Source of the DNA: Candidatus Saccharimonadota bacterium
GTDB lineage: Bacteria; Patescibacteriota; Saccharimonadia; Saccharimonadales; Saccharimonadaceae
Length of the DNA stretch: 64,000 bases
NCBI GenBank assembly: GCA_017510835.1
Contig: JAFWLZ010000034.1
Location: 607 to 64,606, forward strand
Direction: 5' to 3'
The position numbers and the translations under genes were made by a program. The stretch's first letter is position 1. Each line of letters starts with the position of its first letter. A model generated the notes under the pieces. That model ran no database searches. It saw only the letters and a program-made list of their open reading frames with translations, and was not told the DNA's origin. Below, in pieces: positions 56,221 to 63,839 of this stretch.

Positions 56221-57012
56221 CTACAACTCGGCTGGCTCGTAAGGTTGCTGGTAGTGCTCAGCCCAGTGGCGGTACTGCAAAATAAATAGCTCGCGCATCG
56301 CCGCGGCAATGACCGGGCTAGTAATAATCGTGGATGTGCCGTTTTCGCTGTAGTCGATGAAGGCAATCTTGTCGCCATAAATATCAATTTCGACTGGCGT
56401 TTTATAAGCGTCGCGCGGAGCCATGACGCGATGGAATAGATATTCTTCGTCGCTTGCGACATTCTTGCGGCCATCTGGATAATCAGGCGTAATCGCATAA
56501 GTATGAATCTTTTTCTTTACGCGGGCTTCGCGGTAGCGATTAATGAAATCAAAAATACCAGCATCCGCCGAAGAACGGATGAGATAAATCTTATCCGGCG
56601 AGACACGAAGAGTATCCTTAAAGATTTCCTTCACGCCCTCTTCGCCAAAGTAGGTCTTGGCGCCAGGAATTGAGCTATGGGCATAGAAAATATCCGTGAG
56701 CACTGAAATATTATTCTTAATATTTTGCTCATCATTTATCGCGGCACGGCGACGCTTCTCAGCGAGAAGCTCGAGATTCGACGGCGGAAGCGCAATATAA
56801 CTAGCGGTCTTGCCCTTTTCGATCTTTTCAGCAAGGTTTAATTCGGATAGTTTATCCAACAGCGCGTAAGTATTCGTACGAGTCTCGCCCGTAATCTCAG
56901 AAATCTTCGTCGGCGTCAAAGCACCGTTGCGCAAAAGCGCCAAATAAGTCTTCGCCTGCGGCTCAGTGAGGCCAGCACGCTCAATAATATGAACATCATT
57001 TTCGTTTAGCAT
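56221..57012 (-). CDS. TrmB-family transcriptional regulator
   Basis: Trimmed to ATG 57012. GLTEPQAKTYLALLRNGALTPTKISEITGETRTNTYALLDKL is the TrmB winged HTH. Confidence 0.7.
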   Translation of the reverse strand: MLNENDVHIIERAGLTEPQAKTYLALLRNGALTPTKISEITGETRTNTYALLDKLSELNLAEKIEKGKTASYIALPPSNLELLAEKRRRAAINDEQNIKNNISVLTDIFYAHSSIPGAKTYFGEEGVKEIFKDTLRVSPDKIYLIRSSADAGIFDFINRYREARVKKKIHTYAITPDYPDGRKNVASDEEYLFHRVMAPRDAYKTPVEIDIYGDKIAFIDYSENGTSTIITSPVIAAAMRELFILQYRHWAEHYQQPYEPAEL

Positions 57013-57018
57013 GACTAG

Positions 57019-57047
57019 ATTATAGCGCCTCAAGCGCGTTTTGTCAA
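57019..57047 (-). promoter_or_regulatory. consensus promoter giving a leaderless trmB-like mRNA
   Basis: On the minus strand: TTGACA (57042-57047), exactly 17 nt, TATAAT (57019-57024), 6 nt, ATG (57010-57012). Confidence 0.7.
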
Positions 57048-57110
57048 CGATGATTGACAATTTTTTGCGCATTTCTACCCCTGTTATTTATTAGCTTGCG
57101 TCATGCTTTA

Positions 57111-57139
57111 TTGACATTTTTATTAATATAAGTTATAAT
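57111..57139 (+). promoter_or_regulatory. consensus promoter of the csx3-like transcript
   Basis: TTGACA (57111-57116), 17 nt, TATAAT (57134-57139). Confidence 0.7.
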
Positions 57140-57145
57140 GCTTGC

Positions 57146-57346
57146 AGACATTCAAAAACGATTGTCTCGTAAATTTATAGAATCCTTATCTATGAAGCTC
57201 GGAACGCCTTTCTTGGCGGTTCGAGGAGGCGATTTTACTGGGATTTGAGATCGTCTGCTTGAGCCGCCAAGCTTGTAACTCGTTGACCCATGTATGTAGT
57301 AGAAACAGTATGAATGATGTATGTAGAAGGTATGGAGGTAAATGCC
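57146..57346 (+). promoter_or_regulatory. long structured 5' leader (candidate cis-regulatory RNA)
   Basis: About 200 nt separate the predicted TSS from the GTG start. Nested helices: CTTGGCGG (57212-57219)/CCGCCAAG (57264-57271) enclosing AGGCGAT (57227-57233)/ATCGTCT (57250-57256). The same CCGCCAAG strand can instead pair downstream of the ORF. Confidence 0.35.
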
Positions 57347-57664
57347 GTGAAGTATAATGTAAATTTTGAAAAAATCAACGACACTACAGTAAAGGCACAG
57401 ATAAGCTTCGGAGATCCGGGAACAAATGGTGAGATCCTAACAGAACTCAGGGAGCGCGAGGACGACCTCAAGCGAACTGTGGGCTACGGGAAATTGCTAG
57501 TTGTGAACGGACCGGCGAGTCTGCCGGTAGCCATGTTTTTAGCTCACTTAGTTGGACATAATTATGGCGCCGTTGCCTGCTTTGACCCGAAGATGGCTGG
57601 TTATGTGGTAGCGATATCACATGACCCCGATTACGCAGTCGGTGACGTAATCACGCTCGAATAG
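57347..57664 (+). CDS. Csx3/Crn3-like protein (105 aa)
   Basis: Start is GTG 57347 with GGAGGT 7 nt upstream; the ORF-track ATG 57314 lacks an SD. KLLVVNGPASLPVAMFLAHLVGHNYGAVACFDPKMAGYVVAISHDPDYAVGDVITLE matches the remembered Csx3 signature: GP..., LAH, H, (Y/F)DP(R/K)(L/M)G, VV..SH, GDVI. Confidence 0.5.
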   Translation: MKYNVNFEKINDTTVKAQISFGDPGTNGEILTELREREDDLKRTVGYGKLLVVNGPASLPVAMFLAHLVGHNYGAVACFDPKMAGYVVAISHDPDYAVGDVITLE

Positions 57665-57779
57665 CCACACCGAAGGCTTGGCGGCCCCGAATAGCTTCAT
57701 TTCGGATTGCACCTTTAAAAACTAAATAGAAAAAGGTACCCATGTGGTCGGCTCTTGCACAAGTTGCAACGAGTAACAA

Positions 57780-57809
57780 CACCGCGAGAATGGAAGCGGT
57801 GTTTTTTTT
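57780..57809. terminator. intrinsic terminator shared with the convergent hydrolase gene
   Basis: CACCGC-GAGAATGGAA-GCGGTG hairpin followed by TTTTTTTT. Confidence 0.75.
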
Positions 57810-58557
57810 ATGCTTGGATAAATTCGTCGATCGCTTTGGCTAGTTCGGCGGGCTGCTCATAATTGACAAGATGGCCAGTACCAGCAAGTTCCGTAAAACT
57901 AGCGCCCTGCTCTTCGGCTTTGGCGCGAGCATATTTTGCTTTTGTTAGACGATCTTTGTTGCCAATGATATATAGCACATCTTTGTTCTCAGGCAAAATT
58001 GTCTGCTCTTTCATGGAAATTTTCATATCGGCGAGGAGGCTGTCCGCAGAGGCAAAACGGCCAGAATATTTATAGTGCAGTTGATCGATTTCTTTTTGCA
58101 TAGTTTTATCTGAAGTAAGATAGTGCGATATACAGAAAGAAACCGGTTTGCTGCGCATAAAATTATAGCGCGGTTTTTTTGGCAAAACATGGAGCGCACC
58201 ACTTGCAAGAGCATACAAAATATTGCTGGTTTTTTGGCCAGTTTTGGTGCGGAAAATCGGGGATATTAATACGACGCGACGCTGCACCTTGTCTTCTGGA
58301 TACTTAGCAAGATAGTGCGAGACAATAATCGAGCCCATCGAATGAGCGGCGATGTAGTAGTTTTTATCGCCGTAGTTTTTATGGAGCCAGTCGGCATAGC
58401 CATCGAGAGTTTTCTCATCTAATTCAGCATTATCGCCGGAACCTGGAAGGTCCGGATTAATAACCGCGTAGCCCTTTTGCTCGAGTTCTTCTGCAAGAGC
58501 GTCGAGGCCGTGATGGTCGCCACGAAGGCCGTGAATTAAGAGAATCGTCTTTTTCAT
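57808..58557 (-). CDS. alpha/beta hydrolase
   Basis: LLIHGLRGDHHG oxyanion region and nucleophile elbow AHSMGS. Confidence 0.75.
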   Translation of the reverse strand: MKKTILLIHGLRGDHHGLDALAEELEQKGYAVINPDLPGSGDNAELDEKTLDGYADWLHKNYGDKNYYIAAHSMGSIIVSHYLAKYPEDKVQRRVVLISPIFRTKTGQKTSNILYALASGALHVLPKKPRYNFMRSKPVSFCISHYLTSDKTMQKEIDQLHYKYSGRFASADSLLADMKISMKEQTILPENKDVLYIIGNKDRLTKAKYARAKAEEQGASFTELAGTGHLVNYEQPAELAKAIDEFIQA

Positions 58558-59489
58558 AGTTTATCAATAATCGCGCGTGCTTCGGCGATGGTTTTAGTTT
58601 GCATTAGTTCGGCGCGAAGGTCACTGGCGCCTGGGAAATTGTTAATATAAATCTTATAAAAATGTTTGAGCGGGTCGTAAGGCTGGAGGTTATATTTTTC
58701 ATAAAGTTCGAGGTGGTAGCGCATGAGGTCAAGGAGTTCTTCGCGGCTATGCTCTTTTGGTTCGTGTTCAAAACAAAATGGGTTCTGAAATACGCCGCGA
58801 CCAATCATAATACCGTCAGCGCCTTGATCGATAAACTTTTGCGCTTCAGTGGCGGACTTAATATCACCGTTAATGATGAGTTTTGTTTCTGGCGAGAGTT
58901 CGTTCTTGAGGGCGACAATTTCCGGGACGAGATCATAGTGAGCGTCGACTTTCGACATCTCTTTTTTAGTGCGGAGATGAATCGTGAGCGCAGCGGGATG
59001 TTCGCCTAGGAGCGTGCTGAGCCACGGCTTCCACTCGTCGGTTTTCGTGTAGCCGAGACGGGTTTTGACCGAGACAGTAATGCCCTCGACTTGCTGCGCA
59101 GCACGTAAGATTTCGACTGCAAGCTCTGGCGTGCGAATTAGACCGGAGCCACCGCCGGTCGCAACAACGTGGCGGTCTGGGCAGCCCATATTAATATCTA
59201 CCGCTTCAAAACCGAGATCGCGAACGGCTGCTACGGTCTCTGCAAACATTTCTGGGTTCTTACCCCAGATTTGAGCTACGATTGGCTGTTCTGATGGCTC
59301 GTATTTTAGGCGCTCAAGCGCATTCGGGCGGCCCTTTTCGCTAGAATAGCTGTTCACATTTGTGAATTCCGTGAAAAAGATATCCGGGCGCGCCGCCTTG
59401 GCAACAACCTGGCGAAATGCAATATCCGTCACGCCTTCCATAGGGGCGAGACAGGTAAAGCCTTTGTTGAACTTGGACCAGAAATTCAT
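58554..59489 (-). CDS. tRNA-dihydrouridine synthase
   Basis: LAPMEGVTDIAFR, DINMGCP, TIM-barrel Dus pattern. ATGA overlap with the hydrolase gene. Confidence 0.85.
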   Translation of the reverse strand: MNFWSKFNKGFTCLAPMEGVTDIAFRQVVAKAARPDIFFTEFTNVNSYSSEKGRPNALERLKYEPSEQPIVAQIWGKNPEMFAETVAAVRDLGFEAVDINMGCPDRHVVATGGGSGLIRTPELAVEILRAAQQVEGITVSVKTRLGYTKTDEWKPWLSTLLGEHPAALTIHLRTKKEMSKVDAHYDLVPEIVALKNELSPETKLIINGDIKSATEAQKFIDQGADGIMIGRGVFQNPFCFEHEPKEHSREELLDLMRYHLELYEKYNLQPYDPLKHFYKIYINNFPGASDLRAELMQTKTIAEARAIIDKL

Positions 59490-59508
59490 GGTTTTACTAT
59501 ATAATAAT

Positions 59509-59537
59509 TTGACAATTTGCGCTAGGTGTGATATAAT
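59509..59537 (+). promoter_or_regulatory. consensus promoter of the lipoprotein gene
   Basis: TTGACA (59509-59514), 17 nt, TGaTATAAT (TATAAT at 59532-59537). Confidence 0.6.
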
Positions 59538-59642
59538 GTGCTTTAGTAACTTAGTTTAAGCTTTGCTACTCGCTCATTTATAGAATTCTGGGGAAGCAGA
59601 GTTTTATTTGTTTTCAAAAAAATAGAAAGGATGGTGAACGCC

Positions 59643-60509
59643 ATGAAAAAAATGAAAACAAAGAAGTTTGCTATCTCTAGAATAAAGAAGGTAGCAAGTA
59701 TAATATTAGTATCGAGTTTAGTTTTTTCGCTCGTAGGATGCGGAGAGGACTCAGAGTCTGACGCAAAGATGACTACTGAGGACTTCGGCACCGAGGCGGA
59801 AGTCGACGGAGTACAAGAGCCAAATCAGGAAATTGATGATGGAGCACTACTCCCTGAGACAACAACCGAGGTAGAAACAACCGAGGCAACAACTGAAGAA
59901 GAAACTACAGAGCAGCCGACAGTAGATAACGGCAGCTACAAGTACACTATCTATGATGGTATAGAAGTCAGTTTGCCATTTAATATTGATGACTACATCG
60001 ATACAGCTAATGATGGTACTCTTTGCCTTGAAGTATATTACATGGCGACAGGCTGTGGCTGGACTTCAATCAATGATAGCGATACGTATTTCTATTACGA
60101 TTGCGGCGATTATTACATGTATTTCAAGCACGATGAGCACTGGGAAGAAGAATGCGTAGAATTCCCTACCGCAAGCGAAACATATCATGTATATCAAATG
60201 AAAAGCTTTCATTATTGGTTTTCACCGCCTTCGGAGCCAGGAGAATTATACTACGATAGGCAGTCGTCTAATACAGAGTATAGCAGTGCTTTTGTCAATC
60301 TAAAGATGCATCATGATAAGCTTCAAATGGTTTATGCGGGATCTCATCCAAATTCAGCATTGTCGAGAGACGATGCGATTTTACTAGCTTACGTGCTATC
60401 TTTTGCAAAAAATTATCCAGGAAAAAATCCTTTATATTATTTGGATTTAACTAATGGCGGAGTCGAGATCGGCCATGCTGGAGAACAAACTGAATATACT
60501 TTCCCTTAA
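59643..60509 (+). CDS. lipoprotein, unknown function
   Basis: Start set at ATG 59643, after GAAAGGATGG. Lipobox LVFSLVGC, followed by a Thr/Glu-rich linker. Confidence 0.6.
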   Translation: MKKMKTKKFAISRIKKVASIILVSSLVFSLVGCGEDSESDAKMTTEDFGTEAEVDGVQEPNQEIDDGALLPETTTEVETTEATTEEETTEQPTVDNGSYKYTIYDGIEVSLPFNIDDYIDTANDGTLCLEVYYMATGCGWTSINDSDTYFYYDCGDYYMYFKHDEHWEEECVEFPTASETYHVYQMKSFHYWFSPPSEPGELYYDRQSSNTEYSSAFVNLKMHHDKLQMVYAGSHPNSALSRDDAILLAYVLSFAKNYPGKNPLYYLDLTNGGVEIGHAGEQTEYTFP

Positions 60510-60522
60510 AGGAAACGTAGCA

Positions 60523-60546
60523 GGCCGCAATAATTGCGGCCTTTTT
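60523..60546. terminator. intrinsic terminator between convergent genes
   Basis: GGCCGCAAT-A-ATTGCGGCC palindrome followed by TTTTT. Confidence 0.7.
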
Positions 60547-63500
60547 ACGTGGCAAAATTCTTATACCGATTCGTATCATAAACGGCATTCTTCACTACAA
60601 GCACGTCGAAAGACTGAATATCGTATTTATTCTCAAATTGTATTTCCGTCTCTGACTGGTTATTTTTTAGATATGGATACAGGTCTGCCGGTTTATAGCT
60701 AGCGACAAAATCCATCACATCCATTAAATCAATCGTCGCAACGACATTTTCTTTTGTGAGGCCAGAATAGCGAGCTAAGACCCCCTCAAATGAATTATCT
60801 ATAGGATTTTTTTCATAATATTCAGCAAGATATTCCGAAACGGCGGATTTCTCAATAATACCTTCAGCCTCAGCGAGACGCTGATCTTCAATAAAGCGCT
60901 GGTATTTTTTACTCTCATCCCATCCGGGACTTTTATTATCGGAGCCTTCTTGCGTATTCCCAATTACGCACGATTCCCCACTAATCCAACCCATATTTTC
61001 TAGCTTATTTGTGTTTGATGCAATATCTGCTAAATCTCCAAAAATAGGCGTTGAATTTATGATCGTCTGTCCAACTGTACCCCCAAAACTACCAACTTTA
61101 TCTACATTATTAGCAATATTCTGATCGCCCATACCAAACGGAGACTGTCTCGAGCCGCAGAATTGAATATATTTAGCTAGATTACTTTCTTCCCCAATCT
61201 TAGGTATATTATCTCCATCTTCATCAGATACATCGATAAGATTTTTCTTTTCTCCTGTCTCATTATTTGATAGCGCGTCGACATCATTCACGATATCTGC
61301 CGGATGATTACCAAGCGTGCTCGTGTCAGTGATAATATATGGGTTACCAAAGGCATCGCCAACACCGCCGATATCGTAGAGATCTGGATTTATTTTTTCC
61401 GTCCTGTCGCTCGCCGCTTGGGCGCGAATGCCAGCAGACACAGCAGAAGACGACGGTATTAGTGACGATACTGCATTATTAATCACATTACCCATCCCCT
61501 CAAGGCTACTTGTTATTGAAGTCATCTTCGAGGCAAGCGGTATCATCTGCGTAGCCAAGCTACCAAAGAAGGTATATTTAGACGTTACATCAAACGGACT
61601 ACGTGATTCGCGCTCAAACCTCGCTTCGTCGGCAATTACTTTATCCTGCTCTATCCAATAAGACACTAGACTATCCTTGTTTGCTACGGCACCACCAGAG
61701 TACTGATGATTTCTGCCCATATAAGCATTTGCGCCATCAACGATAGCATTTCCTAAATCTTCCCCCGCTACATCAGTTACGATGTTACGCATTAAGACTT
61801 TTGTGACATGCTTGATTACAAAGCTGGCTACGACTGTAGCAATGATGCTCTTTAATGCTGCTTTTGCGAATTCCTTGCCTGCCTTTTCTACAATGCCCAC
61901 AATGCACCCAACGCCAGTACCTACACATTCGACGATTGATTTCACTGTTTCAACGCCTTCTATAAGTAAGTTTACGCTAGCCGCAGCAAGCTTTGCGACC
62001 GTACAGCTACGGAAAGAGCTAGCCGAAACATCAAACGAGCTTGCAAGGCTTCCGAGAGCACCGGTTATCTCTCCCATCACTCCGGGATTGCTAAATGCTT
62101 TCCACATATTAGCGGTCATCTCGCCCGTATTGAAGCTTTTCACGCTCGGATCATTATAATCTGTCGGCTTACCGCTGTATAGCGTACTCACGCCATTTGC
62201 CTCCATCGCAGAACGCTCGCGCGTAACAGATACGACCTCATCTTCCGTGAAGACAGGATCGATAATAGAATTCGCCTCGTCTTTTTTAACACTTTTGACT
62301 TCTTCGTAAGTGTTCTCAGTCCTTTTAGTCAAAGAGTTGCTAATTTCGTGAATAGGCGCTTCTGGCGAATCTTCTGTTTGGGCTTTCTGAATGCCCTCTA
62401 GCATAGAGCTAGCCATCTGAATAACCTGCAAAGTTTGATAGGCTGCAACGACGGCAGTAATAGCACCAACCGCGTCAGATGCCGCACAGTAGATATTCGC
62501 AATCGCAGTCGAGCCGCTGATAGCACTCTTCGCAATCCCAGTCAGTTTCCCTTTTAGTGGCGGGTCAGAACCGTCCGCGGTCGGCTTCGTGTCTTCCACA
62601 GATAGAGTTTCAGAAGATTCGACTGCAGTGCGTTTCTTGACTGGTTTTTCGTCCGAAGATGCACCTCTTCCCTTATCTCCTCCCTCTACGTCATCCTCAA
62701 TCTCAGTCCCAGTTACCGTGCTTTTAACGCCTTCGCTGGAGCTATTATTATCGGAAATAGCATCCTTAAACTTCTGTTCGGATTCATCCGTATCTGGCTT
62801 AAAGCCATCGTAAGTACTGCGGCTTTTAATGCCGATTTTCTGGAGAAATGGCTTCATACTCGAATCGTACCAAGCGCTCGTGGCGGTACGCCAGATAGAA
62901 GAACCGGTATCGTAACTACGGCGAAAATCCGAATCGCTGTCATATAGTTGTCTAAATGAGATTTTATCCGAGTCGGCTTGCGAGTCGTCTGCGACGATGA
63001 CGCGGCCCGGATCAGAGTCGCTCTTTTTGTAACGCATGACGCGCGTTCCGTTGCCGTCGTCCTCAAAAGTAATACCCTGCCGGCTCAATCTACTCTCGAG
63101 ACGTTTGCTCGGCTTAAATTCGTCTGCGCGAAAATAATGCGCCTTGATGCATTTGATTCTTTTCTGTTTGCCGGTCTGAAATCTGAGGAATGTTTTTGAG
63201 CGAATGCCCTGCGAGGTAGAAATAGAATCGAAAGTTTCACGAATTTGCGTCATGAAACTAAACGGCATCGCCATTTGGCCCGTAAAGCTCGAAATACCAG
63301 CCATGGCAAGCAAAACGATGATTGTCGTAATTGGGCCGGCCTTTTTAAAATTACCAGCGGCTTTGATAACTCTACCCTGCTTGAGTTGCTGGGCGCCTTT
63401 GACGGCATTATTTATTTTGCCATCACCCTGACCGTCGGTTTTGTCTGTACCAACATTTTTCTCTTTTTCGCCAAGCGATGCTTTTTTGTCGCCGCCTTTA

Positions 63501-63757
63501 CCATTAATATTCGGCTTTTTACTAGCGATGTTTTCAGCATTCTTTAAAGTATTCTTTCCAGCATCTCTTCTCGCGCGAAGATTATCTCGTTTGTTTCCGC
63601 CGACTGCTTTGCCATTGAGATAAAGCGGATGATTTACTTCGTCGGGTTGAAAAAAAGAGTTATCGTAATAATCATCTGGCGCGGATTCGACATCAGAATT
63701 TCCGGCATCATCAAAATCACCATCCTCTCTGTAATAATCGTCGTCAAAGCCCGCCAT
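60545..63757 (-). CDS. large membrane protein of unknown family (1070 aa)
   Basis: Acidic/Tyr-rich then Lys/Gly-rich disordered N-terminus. TM near GPITTIIVLLAMAGISSF, with further hydrophobic blocks (AITAVVAAYQTLQVIQMA; GTGVGCIVGIV...IIATVVASFVI). No catalytic motif recognised. Confidence 0.6.
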   Translation of the reverse strand: MAGFDDDYYREDGDFDDAGNSDVESAPDDYYDNSFFQPDEVNHPLYLNGKAVGGNKRDNLRARRDAGKNTLKNAENIASKKPNINGKGGDKKASLGEKEKNVGTDKTDGQGDGKINNAVKGAQQLKQGRVIKAAGNFKKAGPITTIIVLLAMAGISSFTGQMAMPFSFMTQIRETFDSISTSQGIRSKTFLRFQTGKQKRIKCIKAHYFRADEFKPSKRLESRLSRQGITFEDDGNGTRVMRYKKSDSDPGRVIVADDSQADSDKISFRQLYDSDSDFRRSYDTGSSIWRTATSAWYDSSMKPFLQKIGIKSRSTYDGFKPDTDESEQKFKDAISDNNSSSEGVKSTVTGTEIEDDVEGGDKGRGASSDEKPVKKRTAVESSETLSVEDTKPTADGSDPPLKGKLTGIAKSAISGSTAIANIYCAASDAVGAITAVVAAYQTLQVIQMASSMLEGIQKAQTEDSPEAPIHEISNSLTKRTENTYEEVKSVKKDEANSIIDPVFTEDEVVSVTRERSAMEANGVSTLYSGKPTDYNDPSVKSFNTGEMTANMWKAFSNPGVMGEITGALGSLASSFDVSASSFRSCTVAKLAAASVNLLIEGVETVKSIVECVGTGVGCIVGIVEKAGKEFAKAALKSIIATVVASFVIKHVTKVLMRNIVTDVAGEDLGNAIVDGANAYMGRNHQYSGGAVANKDSLVSYWIEQDKVIADEARFERESRSPFDVTSKYTFFGSLATQMIPLASKMTSITSSLEGMGNVINNAVSSLIPSSSAVSAGIRAQAASDRTEKINPDLYDIGGVGDAFGNPYIITDTSTLGNHPADIVNDVDALSNNETGEKKNLIDVSDEDGDNIPKIGEESNLAKYIQFCGSRQSPFGMGDQNIANNVDKVGSFGGTVGQTIINSTPIFGDLADIASNTNKLENMGWISGESCVIGNTQEGSDNKSPGWDESKKYQRFIEDQRLAEAEGIIEKSAVSEYLAEYYEKNPIDNSFEGVLARYSGLTKENVVATIDLMDVMDFVASYKPADLYPYLKNNQSETEIQFENKYDIQSFDVLVVKNAVYDTNRYKNFAT

Positions 63758-63839
63758 ATTGCTTAATATTATAACATACTTATGCTTTTATATATTGCAA
63801 AATCCGGTAAGATATGAGTATAATTTAAACAGGAGTGAA

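Noticed and set aside
57192-57700. Possibility that the segment flanking the csx3-like ORF is RNase P RNA, tmRNA or a group I intron, suggested by the 5' GAAGCT…/3' …AGCTTC closing helix and a GGTTCGA motif
   Set aside because: There is no GAGGAAAGTCCGGGC or ACAGAACCCGGCTTA-type RNase P core. There is no tRNA-like acceptor/T-arm with CCA for tmRNA and no host tRNA or rRNA exon context. The interior is a well-formed protein ORF with an SD.
57277-57773. 8-nt complementarity ACTCGTTG (57277-57284) / CAACGAGT (57766-57773), and the direct repeat ACCCATGT (57285, 57739)
   Set aside because: Matches of 8 nt are expected by chance within a roughly 700-nt region. The pairing would also cross the better-supported nested helices.
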